From: an uncultured archaeon
GTDB lineage: Archaea; Aenigmatarchaeota; Aenigmatarchaeia; CG10238-14; SCSR01
Direction of reading: 5' to 3'
Assembly: GCA_964427055.1 (NCBI GenBank)
Contig: CAYRSQ010000001.1
Location: 21,250 to 84,013, forward strand
Length of the DNA: 62,764 nt
Below the pieces are notes generated by a model. That model made no database searches. It saw only the letters and a list, made by a program, of their open reading frames with translations, and was not told the origin of the DNA. Each line of letters begins with the position of its first letter. Position 1 is the first letter of the stretch. The translations under genes and the position numbers were made by a program. This document shows, one piece after another, positions 7,802 to 17,235 of this stretch.

Positions 7802-9439
7802 ATGGCAGTAATCGAAATCAACAAAGAATATTTGGAGAAGCTGGTAGGCTGTAAACTCACCGAGAAGGACTACACTGAAAGGATACCGCTGTTTGGATGC
7901 CCGCTTGAAAAGATGGACGAAATTTCTGTTAATTTCGAAATCGAACCCAATAGACCTGACTTACTAAGCGTGGAAGGTTTCGCGAGAGCTATAAAATTGT
8001 TCCTGTCCAAGAAACCGAAACTTACTGTGTACAAGACTACTGAAAGCGGAATCAAACTTAAAGTGGACAAAAGTGTGAAACCCGTCAGGCCTGAAATAGT
8101 CTGCGCAATCGTAAGGGACGTAAAGATAACAGACGACCTTATATCGTCTATTATGCAGGTTCAAGAAAAGATACATGATACTCTTGGTAGAAAAAGGAAA
8201 AAAGTGGCTATAGGGATACATGACATGTCCAAGGTCACACCACCGTTCATCTATAAGGCGGTCAAACCGGAAAGTGTTAAATTCGTTCCTCTAGACATGG
8301 ATAGGTCGATAAGTCTTAAGGAAATATTGGAAATCCATCCTAAGGGTATAAATTATGCTGATATACTGAAAGATTCAGAAAAATATCCGATAATCCTCGA
8401 CAAAAATGAAAAGATTCTGAGCTTTCCGCCGATAATAAACGGCGAGCTGACGAGAGTCACAAAGGGAACCAACGAACTGTTCATAGACATCACAGGAACC
8501 GATTACATAGCAATCAATCAGGCTTTGAAGATACTGGTAACTTCTTTCGCCGACAGAGGATGTAAGATAGAGACGGTAAGGTTGGATGGAGAAGTAAAAA
8601 GAACCACACCGGACTTGAGCAGATGGAAAATCAAAGCCGATGACGAATATATCAACAAGCTACTCGGATTGGAACTAGATAAGAACGAGATTGAAACCCT
8701 TCTCAAGAAGATGGACATAGGGATGGACGGAAACTATGCAACTATACCACCTTACAGAGCTGATATAATGCACCAGATAGACATAGTAGAAGAGGTCGCA
8801 ATAGCATATGGATATGACAACTTCGAACCCACTATTCCAAATGTTCCTACAATAGGAAAACCTCTTGAAAAGAAAGATTTCTATTTTTCGATAAAAGAAA
8901 TCATGATAGGTTTCGGTTTTCAGGAAGTGATAAATTTGACACTGTCCAACTATGAGGATGAGTTTGATAAAATGAATGTAGAAAGGAAATCAGTTGCGGA
9001 AACGATGAATTCCGTGACACCTGAATGCAACATTTTCAGAAGAAATCTACTCCCATCATTGATAGATGTCATTTCCAAAAACCAACATTACGAGTATCCA
9101 CAAAAAATTTTCGAACTTGGAGATGCAGTCGAACTCGACGAAGAAGAAGAAACCGGCACGAAGAACTTGAAATTTTTGTCATGCGTCATAGCAGACATGA
9201 GCGTGAGTTACGAAGACATTTCATCGGTTTTGGACGGTGTGATGAACAACATAGGAATCGGATACAATCTTAGGAAATACGATCACCCGTCTTTCATAGA
9301 AGGGAGGGCTGCCAAAGTTTTTGCCGGAAAAAAAGCGATAGGAACGATAGGCGAAATCAACCCAAAAGTTATGGAGAACTGGAACATCAATGTACCTGTA
9401 GTCGCATTCGAGATAGATCTCAACAGAGCATTGGACTAG
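7802..9439 (+). CDS. pheT: phenylalanine--tRNA ligase beta subunit (archaeal type)
   Basis: Immediately follows pheS. Has the B3/4 and B5 domain pattern (EIEPNRPDLLSVEGFARA). A GTG at 7793 is an alternative start. Confidence 0.85.
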   Translation: MAVIEINKEYLEKLVGCKLTEKDYTERIPLFGCPLEKMDEISVNFEIEPNRPDLLSVEGFARAIKLFLSKKPKLTVYKTTESGIKLKVDKSVKPVRPEIVCAIVRDVKITDDLISSIMQVQEKIHDTLGRKRKKVAIGIHDMSKVTPPFIYKAVKPESVKFVPLDMDRSISLKEILEIHPKGINYADILKDSEKYPIILDKNEKILSFPPIINGELTRVTKGTNELFIDITGTDYIAINQALKILVTSFADRGCKIETVRLDGEVKRTTPDLSRWKIKADDEYINKLLGLELDKNEIETLLKKMDIGMDGNYATIPPYRADIMHQIDIVEEVAIAYGYDNFEPTIPNVPTIGKPLEKKDFYFSIKEIMIGFGFQEVINLTLSNYEDEFDKMNVERKSVAETMNSVTPECNIFRRNLLPSLIDVISKNQHYEYPQKIFELGDAVELDEEEETGTKNLKFLSCVIADMSVSYEDISSVLDGVMNNIGIGYNLRKYDHPSFIEGRAAKVFAGKKAIGTIGEINPKVMENWNINVPVVAFEIDLNRALD

Positions 9440-10203
9440 ACGAACCAACTTCTTAGTTTGTCGAATATTCCACGTTCACTTGTAGTTTTAACGTACCGTC
9501 TACCGGCAAGCTTGTGCGCTAACTTGTCTATTTCTATTGCAGCTGGTGAATCTGGGGCATAATCTACCAATGGATTTCTAGCAGAAATGCTTTCAGCGAC
9601 CAAGGGATCATCGGGTATGCTTGCTATAACCGGCAATTCCATAAGCTCTTTTATGCTTCCTATAGTCATCTCGTGTTTCTTACCCTTTCTCTTATTCACG
9701 ACGACTCCTATCACATTCTTTTTCATTTTATTCGCTATGTCAGCCGTCTTCAGTGCATCTGCTACACTCGGCATGTCGGGATTTGTAACTATCAATATCT
9801 CATCCGCGGCATCGATAGCGCTCATGGCTTCCCTTCCAAGGCCTGCCGCACAGTCCATGATAACGTAATCAGCTTGACCTGTCAAATTAAAAGTGACATT
9901 CGAAAGTTTACTAGCATCCACTCCTCTGAGAGCATTTGTCGAGATGCTTGAGGGGATGAACTTGAAACCATGAGGATGAGTGTGTATAACGTTTTTCAGC
10001 TTCATATTTCCTTTCAACACATCATGCAGGCTCTTGTTGGACAGTGGCATTCCAAAATGGATGCCGAGATTGGGTGTAGTCATGTTGGCGTCAATCGCTA
10101 TGACATCTTCTCCCATGTTAGAAAGTGCATAAGTCAGGTTAGAAGTAAGGGTTGTTTTACCTATGCCGCCCTTTCCGCCTATAACGGCTATGATTCTTGT
10201 CAT
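9436..10203 (-). CDS. MinD/ParA-family P-loop ATPase
   Basis: Deviant Walker A motif VIGGKGGIGKTT. Its stop codon overlaps the pheT stop within CTAG. Confidence 0.8.
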   Translation of the reverse strand: MTRIIAVIGGKGGIGKTTLTSNLTYALSNMGEDVIAIDANMTTPNLGIHFGMPLSNKSLHDVLKGNMKLKNVIHTHPHGFKFIPSSISTNALRGVDASKLSNVTFNLTGQADYVIMDCAAGLGREAMSAIDAADEILIVTNPDMPSVADALKTADIANKMKKNVIGVVVNKRKGKKHEMTIGSIKELMELPVIASIPDDPLVAESISARNPLVDYAPDSPAAIEIDKLAHKLAGRRYVKTTSERGIFDKLRSWFV

Positions 10204-10255
10204 CTCATCACTAATACTTATTCAATCCTGTATTAATTAAAAGTTTGAAGGTATA

Positions 10256-10330
10256 TGCCCCGGACGGGATTCGAACCCGCGACCTTCAGGTTAGAAGCCT
10301 GCCGCTCTATCCAAGCTGAGCTACCGAGGC
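10256..10330 (-). tRNA. tRNA-Arg (anticodon UCU)
   Basis: 75-nt cloverleaf folded by hand. Acceptor stem GCCUCGG/CCGGGGC, anticodon loop CUUCUAA, T-loop UUCGAAU. No encoded CCA. Confidence 0.85.
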
Positions 10331-10691
10331 ATAATACTATCTGTTAAATTAGATAGTAAATTCTTTTTTAATACATTAAGTAAAGGCAGGTAACTATCTT
10401 GAATAATGTTATATAGACATAATCAATCTGACAAGATTTAAATCGATTTTCAGCGTAATTAATACTATAAGTTGTGAGTCAGATGACTGGTGAACGAATT
10501 CTACAACGAAAAGAATGAAATATCATTTGAAGTATCTCATGCTTTGAAACGAATAACCAATTCAGTAGCAATTAATGTTTATAAAATAAACAACGAGAAT
10601 AATGATTTAGAAAACTATCACAACAATCATTCGAAGAGCAGAATTTATCCAATGTCGGACATAAGGACGGCGGTATAATCGATGTGGAGAT

Positions 10692-13415
10692 ATGTACATG
10701 GAAAACATTGATTTCAAACAAATAGATAAAAAATGGCAGGAGAAATGGAAAGAAGAGAAGCTATTTGAAGCCAATCCAGATGATAATAAGAAAAAATTCT
10801 TCGTAACCATACCTTATCCTTATGTAAACGGAGCCCCACACATAGGAGCCGGATTCACATTCATACGAGGGGACGTGTATGCTAGGTTTAAAAGGATGCA
10901 AGGATTCAACGTACTCTACCCCCAAGGCTTCCATGCCACAGGAGAACCCATCGTAGGAGTCGTCAAGAGACTTAAAGGGGGAGACAAATCTCAAGTGGAA
11001 GCCTTGAAGATGAATGGTATAACCGAAAAGGAAATAGAAAAATTTGTTGAGCAAGGACCTGAGTATGTAGCCAAATACTGGAAAAAAAGGTGGATGGACG
11101 ACCTGAAATCTACAGGATTTTCGATAGACTGGAGAAGAACTTTCATAACGACCCCTATCACTCCGACCTATTCGAGGTTTGTGGAATGGCAGTACAACAC
11201 TCTGAAAAAGAAAGGGTATGTCGTACAAGGCACTCATCCTGTCGTCTGGTGCCCGAGCTGTGGAAGCCCAACTGGTGACCACGATAGATTGGAAGGTGTT
11301 GGGGAATCACCTATAGAATATATTATTATAAAGTTCAGACTATCATCCGGAGAATTTCTTCCCTGTGCTACTCTGAGGCCAGAAACCGTATACGGGGTCA
11401 CAAACCTATGGATACACCCTGACATGGAATATGCCAAAGCAACCATAGATGGTGAAAAATGGATACTAAGCGAAAGTGCCACTGAAAAACTAAAAAACCA
11501 GCTTAAAGAGGTTGAACTTGTAGAAAAAATTAAGGGCTCTGAACTAATAGGGAAATCTTGTGAAAACCCTATAACGAAGGAAATGATACCCATTTTACCT
11601 GCGGAGTTCTGTGATACCGAAATAGCCACTGGCATCGTCATGTCTGTCCCGTCGCATGCTCCATATGACTGGATTGGACTGGAAGACCTGAAATCCAATG
11701 AAAATGAACTCAAGAAATACAAACTTGAAAAAATAATAACATCTGTCAATCCCATCTCCCTTATTAAACTCAAGGGATTCGGTGAGCATCCTGCAAAGGA
11801 AATATGCGAAAAACTTGGAGTGAAGAGTCAAAAAGACATGGATGACCTGGAAAAAGCGACAGAACTTCTATATAAGAAGGAATTCCATACCGGAGTGTGC
11901 AATTCCAAATGCGGAAGATACAATGGTATGAAAATTTTCGAAGCCAAGGAAGCAATCATTGAAGACCTCATGGACGCGGGAACTGGGGATATATTATGGG
12001 AAACGACTGATGATATAATTTGCAGATGCAAAACCAAATGCCATATCAAAATACTTGAAAACCAATGGTTCCTGAAATATTCGGACGATATCTGGAAAGA
12101 AAAGACAAAAGGCTGCATAGACAAAATGACATTCTATCCAGAAGAGGCAAGACAACAATTCAAAAATACAGTGGATTGGTTAAAGGATAAAGCATGTACA
12201 AGAAGGTCTGGAATGGGAACTCCACTTCCTTGGGACAATACTTGGATAGTGGAAACCTTGAGCGACTCTACGATATACATGGCATATTACACTATATCGA
12301 GCATAATAAATGAAAGGAAGATAAAAGCAAACGAATTGACAGACGAGGTTTTCGATTATATTTTCCTCGGTAAAGGTGAACCGGAAAAACTATCGGAATC
12401 CAGTAAATTGAACATTGCTGATATAAAAGACATGAGAAAACAGTTCACGTATTTCTATCCAGTCGACCTTAGGAACTCCGGAAAAGACTTGGTCCAAAAC
12501 CATCTCACCTTTTTCATATTCCAACACGTGGCTATATGGGATGATCCTGAATTCAAATATTGCCCGAAAGCAATAGGCGTCAACGGTTATGTCAACGTTG
12601 GCGGAGAGAAAATGAGCAAAAGCAAAGGCAACTTCATCCCATTGAAAGTTTTGATTAAAAAATATGGTGCCGATATAACAAGAATAAATATAGTAGCATC
12701 TAATGAAAATATGGATGACGCGGACTGGAGAGAAGATTCCATATATACTTATCAATCGAGAATACAATTCATCTCAAACCTTGTAACAGATTACAAAAAC
12801 GCGAAAAGGGATTCAATCAAAGATATAGACAAATACATACTCAGTTCGTTGAATAAGATAATAAAAGAATCCACGACAAACTACAACGAGATGCGATTTA
12901 GGAGTGCCATTCAATCTTCTCTGTTTGTCATTACAAATGAACTCAAACTCTACATGGAAAGAGTGGGAGGCATCAAGAATTGCAACAAAACTATACTAAA
13001 GCACTGCATCGAAACTATGATAAAATTAGTGTCACCCGTCATACCCCATATCTCAGAAGAGATGTGGTCCAAGATGGGAAACGATACCTTCATATCAACA
13101 GAAACGTGGCCCGCATTTGATGAAACTTATGTCAATAAAGAAATCGTACAATTGGAAGAGATATATCAAAAAACGATGGAAGACATAAAACAAGTGTCGA
13201 AACTGGCGGCGAATGGAAACAAGAGGCTAGAACATCTATACCTTTATTTTGCTACTTCTAAAGAATTCAACTATTTCAATGATTCGATAGACCACCTGAA
13301 GGGTATCGAATTCAAGAACGTCAATTTATTCATTGCGAATGATGATAGAAAGTACGATCCTAAAGACAGGGCAAAATTGGCAAAATATGGCAGACCTGCC
13401 ATCTACATGGAATAG
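10692..13415 (+). CDS. leuS: leucine--tRNA ligase (archaeal type)
   Basis: 907 aa. Contains PYPYVNGAPHIGAG (HIGH region) and KMSKSKGN. Confidence 0.9.
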   Translation: MYMENIDFKQIDKKWQEKWKEEKLFEANPDDNKKKFFVTIPYPYVNGAPHIGAGFTFIRGDVYARFKRMQGFNVLYPQGFHATGEPIVGVVKRLKGGDKSQVEALKMNGITEKEIEKFVEQGPEYVAKYWKKRWMDDLKSTGFSIDWRRTFITTPITPTYSRFVEWQYNTLKKKGYVVQGTHPVVWCPSCGSPTGDHDRLEGVGESPIEYIIIKFRLSSGEFLPCATLRPETVYGVTNLWIHPDMEYAKATIDGEKWILSESATEKLKNQLKEVELVEKIKGSELIGKSCENPITKEMIPILPAEFCDTEIATGIVMSVPSHAPYDWIGLEDLKSNENELKKYKLEKIITSVNPISLIKLKGFGEHPAKEICEKLGVKSQKDMDDLEKATELLYKKEFHTGVCNSKCGRYNGMKIFEAKEAIIEDLMDAGTGDILWETTDDIICRCKTKCHIKILENQWFLKYSDDIWKEKTKGCIDKMTFYPEEARQQFKNTVDWLKDKACTRRSGMGTPLPWDNTWIVETLSDSTIYMAYYTISSIINERKIKANELTDEVFDYIFLGKGEPEKLSESSKLNIADIKDMRKQFTYFYPVDLRNSGKDLVQNHLTFFIFQHVAIWDDPEFKYCPKAIGVNGYVNVGGEKMSKSKGNFIPLKVLIKKYGADITRINIVASNENMDDADWREDSIYTYQSRIQFISNLVTDYKNAKRDSIKDIDKYILSSLNKIIKESTTNYNEMRFRSAIQSSLFVITNELKLYMERVGGIKNCNKTILKHCIETMIKLVSPVIPHISEEMWSKMGNDTFISTETWPAFDETYVNKEIVQLEEIYQKTMEDIKQVSKLAANGNKRLEHLYLYFATSKEFNYFNDSIDHLKGIEFKNVNLFIANDDRKYDPKDRAKLAKYGRPAIYME

Positions 13416-14201
13416 TCACAATTGAACGGATTCGATTAACCCTGCTAGTACCAGCAATACAAGTGATACAAGGATAAGTTTTCCGCTGTCGTGAATGACA
13501 GACCAGAAACAATTTGACGTCCTTTTACTGACTGCTGCTGACACCAATCCACCTGAAATTGCACCGATGAAGTATGCCAATATTTCTAAACTTCCATGCG
13601 GAAAGAAGATCATGACTGCTAACGGCAATCCGTACACCCCACCAATAGATTTGGCCGCCAAGCCTATGGCTGTAGATAATATAGAAGCATTCCATGAGAG
13701 GATGAATATCGCTCCTGAACCGAACAAGAATGAAAAAAGAAAAGCTATCATGAGGACTCCTACGTTGTTAATCAGTATTCGTTCAAACATGCCAGCGGAT
13801 ATGAAGTTGCCGCGTATTATATTTATTTCGTTTATCTGATCTGAGAATATATCTTCGACTATAGGCCCTGGAAGCATAATAAAGATTATAGACATAGCAA
13901 ATACCACTCCCAAGAAGAACGATGAATATACCGATATTACGTCATAATGGCGTTCCAAGAAATGCCTATTTTTCATTATGTCCTGCTCCGTATCTTCCTC
14001 TTCTTTATATAGAAGGTTCACCATGAAAGGCGTCATTGCCATAGTTATCAGTATGGTGGTGAACATTCCGACCGAGTCTGAAAACACTATAAATGACACC
14101 AATAGGCAAGTGATTGAAACGAGACTGCCTACTACGAACATCGAAAATGGACTTTTCAACGCAGTGTTAAGCTTTATCAATCTTTCTAAAACCATCTTCA
14201 A
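13416..14201 (-). CDS. SpoIIM-like (DUF95/COG1300) integral membrane protein
   Basis: About six hydrophobic helices. The motif FFPHGSLEILAYFIGAISGG is typical of the family. Confidence 0.6.
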   Translation of the reverse strand: MKMVLERLIKLNTALKSPFSMFVVGSLVSITCLLVSFIVFSDSVGMFTTILITMAMTPFMVNLLYKEEEDTEQDIMKNRHFLERHYDVISVYSSFFLGVVFAMSIIFIMLPGPIVEDIFSDQINEINIIRGNFISAGMFERILINNVGVLMIAFLFSFLFGSGAIFILSWNASILSTAIGLAAKSIGGVYGLPLAVMIFFPHGSLEILAYFIGAISGGLVSAAVSKRTSNCFWSVIHDSGKLILVSLVLLVLAGLIESVQL

Positions 14202-14239
14202 TTACCTAAGATTAAAATTGTAGAACCAGAAATAAATTT

Positions 14240-14713
14240 ATGAAACTACTTAAAAAACCAAAGGTAGACGAGAAAAAATACCTATCTTTATTGCTACTTG
14301 TACTCATGGTAGGTTCGACTTTCGCTTATTCGATTATGCAATCGATGGGAAATGAAACTTCCAACAAAGTTGAAATTCCAGAGGAAAACATCGTCTATTA
14401 CGAACTCACGAACGAACAAAAAACTTATATAATCAGCCAAGGGAAAACCCTGATGGAATATAGATATCCCGGAAATTGCACATCCTGTAATGAAGAAAAG
14501 GCATTCCTAAGGGCGTTTGCGAATGAGATACATAACCAGCTGTTTCTAGAGATACTAACTGACGACAGTTTCACCATTTCAAAACTCACCATAGCGAGCT
14601 ATTATGGAAATGACAACATACAGAAACCGACGGAATCTGAAACTATAGAAATCATGTGTGAACTTATGGTTGAGCCACCAGTAGTATGCGCCACTATTCA
14701 TTTGAATAAGTAG
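14240..14713 (+). CDS. membrane-anchored protein with a CxxC motif, possible thioredoxin-like fold
   Basis: N-terminal TM helix LSLLLLVLMVGSTFAYSI. CTSC sits at the start of a predicted helix, following a beta-strand-like segment. Confidence 0.4.
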   Translation: MKLLKKPKVDEKKYLSLLLLVLMVGSTFAYSIMQSMGNETSNKVEIPEENIVYYELTNEQKTYIISQGKTLMEYRYPGNCTSCNEEKAFLRAFANEIHNQLFLEILTDDSFTISKLTIASYYGNDNIQKPTESETIEIMCELMVEPPVVCATIHLNK

Positions 14714-14906
14714 AGAGTTTAGCATCCATTTCTTTGATTTCGCTCATGAATCTCTCGACCACTCTTGGCAGATCCTTTTCCTGAACCTTTATCGAAGCAG
14801 AGGCATCCCTAAGTATGCGCTCCTTTTCCTTAAGTTCTCTCGCCCGTTCCAGATCATTCATCATCCATCCCTCAATTTCTTCAGTTTTTTCCGTTTTTCC
14901 TTCCAT
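14694..14906 (-). CDS. hypothetical 70-aa helical protein overlapping the alaS 3' end
   Basis: ORF only. Contains LPRVVERFMSEIKE, which resembles the AlaRS C-terminal linker motif. Coding status is uncertain. Confidence 0.25.
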   Translation of the reverse strand: MEGKTEKTEEIEGWMMNDLERARELKEKERILRDASASIKVQEKDLPRVVERFMSEIKEMDAKLSTYSNE

Positions 14907-17227
14907 TCTTTGAACAGTGCGTCGACTGCAGCTGGCACTTTTTCTTCGGAAACGCCTAACATATCAGCCGTTTCTTTTAACAATGCTTCTTTTGCTTCCA
15001 GTTGTTTCAATGCGACATCACCACAAAGATAATCTAATCTCACGATTCCGTCCTGAACTCTCTTTGTCTTAAGTATGGTGATGAATCCCACGTCGAGAGT
15101 ATTCTCACAATGCAATCCTCCGCATGCAGAGTGATCCAAATCGTCTATTGAAACTATTCTTATGTCTTTACTCGGCACACCTTGACTACCTTGATATATC
15201 CTAAATCCGTACCTTTGCTCAGCATCTCCTCTCTCAAGCATATCCACTTCCACGGGTATAGATTTCCTTATTATGGTATTCGCATAAGTTTCTATTTTCC
15301 TGACTTCGGCATCAGTCAATGCATCATAGTGTGTTATTTCCAATTTAGCTCTATCTATGTCTTTTAATGCGGAATGTTGCCAGACATGAGGTCCAAGGAT
15401 TTTTCTGCATGAAAGATTCAAGATGTGATTCCCAGTATGATGTTGCCTAAGTATTCTCCTTCTACTTTGATCTATCACGCATTCCACTATTCCTCCATCT
15501 TTGATACCATCTATAGATTCCAAAGTATGTAGAATTACGCCTCCAAAACTGTTCACGTCTTTGACCTTTTTCCCACCAATAACTCCAGTGTCATGTAACT
15601 GGCCTCCGCTCGTCGGGTAAAATATCGTTTTATCGAGTATGACATTGTTACCCTCCAATGTTTTCACTACTTTAGAATCCATTCTAGTGATTTCCGGACG
15701 CTCGTAATACTTTATTTCTGTTTTAGGCATTCCTGTGAGATCGAAAGGATGATGGATGTCTTCTTTTTCCTGGGTACTGTGAATTTCAGTCAGCTTGGCG
15801 TAAAAGTCGGGTGGTATTTCCATATCAAGTCCACTTTCGATGAACATATCGGGCGTTATGCCTTCTGATTCATAGAATTTCACCAGTTCTTCGTCATCTA
15901 GTTTCTTACCAGATACTACTAGCTTATCCACAATTTTCCTAGTCCTAGCCTTAGTTTCTCTGTACCGTTTTTCTTCAACATCAAGAATCTTTCTTATTTC
16001 ATCCGTATGTTCGGATAACTCTGGAGACATATTTTTCAGATGTTTGGCGTGAAGCTCGCAAACTTCACTTAAATCCATTTTCCATTCATGTTTGTCCATA
16101 AGCCCCAGAGCTCTTCTGAGAATCACGCGAAGATTGTATCCTCCTCCAACGTTGCTAGGTAGCGCTCCATCTGAAATAGCAAACGTCAATGCTCTAGTAT
16201 GATCACATATTGCATAAAGAGCCTGAAGGGGTTCTATTTTATTCGTCAATTCAATTGGAGGGACTCCGAGTTTCTTAGCCACGATTTCTTTCATTTGCTT
16301 TATGTTATCCACTTCCTCAGAATTCAGTGAACCCGCTAATTTAGAATATTTCAAGAAAAGTTCCTCATCATACTCAACGGATAATTTTTTCATAAGTACA
16401 TCCAGAACGGGTCTGAAAGTTACATCATAACTAGTCGGAGTTCCTTGACTCAACCATGCGAACCTTTCCAGTCCCGCTCCCATGTCGATAACCTTTTCAT
16501 TCATTTCCCTAGAACCATTTTCAGTTATCAGGTACTCTGTGAATACTGCATTTCCCACTTCAAGCCCCCTAACGAAATATTCTAGCGTTGTACCGAATGC
16601 TCCAGGCCCGAGCCATACATCCTCCATAAAAACTATCTCCTTTGGGTCTATTCCGAAACTTTTCAGGAGTTCAAAATCAAGTTCTATGCACCGTTCCTTC
16701 CAATATCCCGTTTTTGTGTTGGGATTGTATATACTGTGCTGTCCGACCATCACGAACCCGACGTAATGCCTTCCGGTGACACCGACATTGGATATATCAT
16801 TAAACCTGAGACATACTTGTGGTACTACCAGCGGATTAGCTGGGAAATCGAATACCACATTACCGTTTTCTGTCCTATAAAAATCTACGATAGAGGCATT
16901 GTTGAAAAACAGTGTCGGAAACCACCTGCACACTACTGGATATCTCCTTATACTCGTATGTCCATTTTTCACGAAGAATTTCTCTATATGCTTCCAAGCA
17001 TCTATGTATTCAAATTTCTTTGAAGTGGGCGGATTACCGAGAAACTCATATTCCTGGCATGGCTGATCTGGACAGATTGACCTATTTTCATCCAGAGTCC
17101 AGAATGCCTTCCCGCATTTGGGACACAGCTTTCTCTTGAAACCTTCATTTACCAAAAATTCCAGCTTATAATGTTTCTCCCATTCACTGGAAAATTTTTT
17201 TCTCAATTCTTTTTTGTCAAATGACAT
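14861..17227 (-). CDS. alaS: alanine--tRNA ligase (short form, apparently lacking the C-terminal C-Ala/DHHA1 domain)
   Basis: Archaeal AlaRS N-terminus with a zinc cluster (CPKCGKAFW...CPDQPC). Editing-domain HxxxH and CGG motifs are present (HTGNH, HSACGGLH). Ends right after the FKEWKEKRKKLKKL helix. Confidence 0.9.
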   Translation of the reverse strand: MSFDKKELRKKFSSEWEKHYKLEFLVNEGFKRKLCPKCGKAFWTLDENRSICPDQPCQEYEFLGNPPTSKKFEYIDAWKHIEKFFVKNGHTSIRRYPVVCRWFPTLFFNNASIVDFYRTENGNVVFDFPANPLVVPQVCLRFNDISNVGVTGRHYVGFVMVGQHSIYNPNTKTGYWKERCIELDFELLKSFGIDPKEIVFMEDVWLGPGAFGTTLEYFVRGLEVGNAVFTEYLITENGSREMNEKVIDMGAGLERFAWLSQGTPTSYDVTFRPVLDVLMKKLSVEYDEELFLKYSKLAGSLNSEEVDNIKQMKEIVAKKLGVPPIELTNKIEPLQALYAICDHTRALTFAISDGALPSNVGGGYNLRVILRRALGLMDKHEWKMDLSEVCELHAKHLKNMSPELSEHTDEIRKILDVEEKRYRETKARTRKIVDKLVVSGKKLDDEELVKFYESEGITPDMFIESGLDMEIPPDFYAKLTEIHSTQEKEDIHHPFDLTGMPKTEIKYYERPEITRMDSKVVKTLEGNNVILDKTIFYPTSGGQLHDTGVIGGKKVKDVNSFGGVILHTLESIDGIKDGGIVECVIDQSRRRILRQHHTGNHILNLSCRKILGPHVWQHSALKDIDRAKLEITHYDALTDAEVRKIETYANTIIRKSIPVEVDMLERGDAEQRYGFRIYQGSQGVPSKDIRIVSIDDLDHSACGGLHCENTLDVGFITILKTKRVQDGIVRLDYLCGDVALKQLEAKEALLKETADMLGVSEEKVPAAVDALFKEWKEKRKKLKKLRDG

Positions 17228-17235
17228 ATCTACTA

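Noticed and set aside
10331-10360. Hairpin CTATCT-N8-AGATAG immediately upstream of tRNA-Arg(UCU).
   Set aside because: The stem is only 6 bp and AT-rich, which is expected by chance in AT-rich spacers, and no second copy was seen.
10490-10678. 62-aa ORF in the 361-nt spacer between tRNA-Arg(UCU) and leuS.
   Set aside because: It has a non-ATG start and Asn/Glu/Ile-rich low-complexity composition typical of AT-rich non-coding DNA. The region more likely holds the leuS and tRNA promoters.
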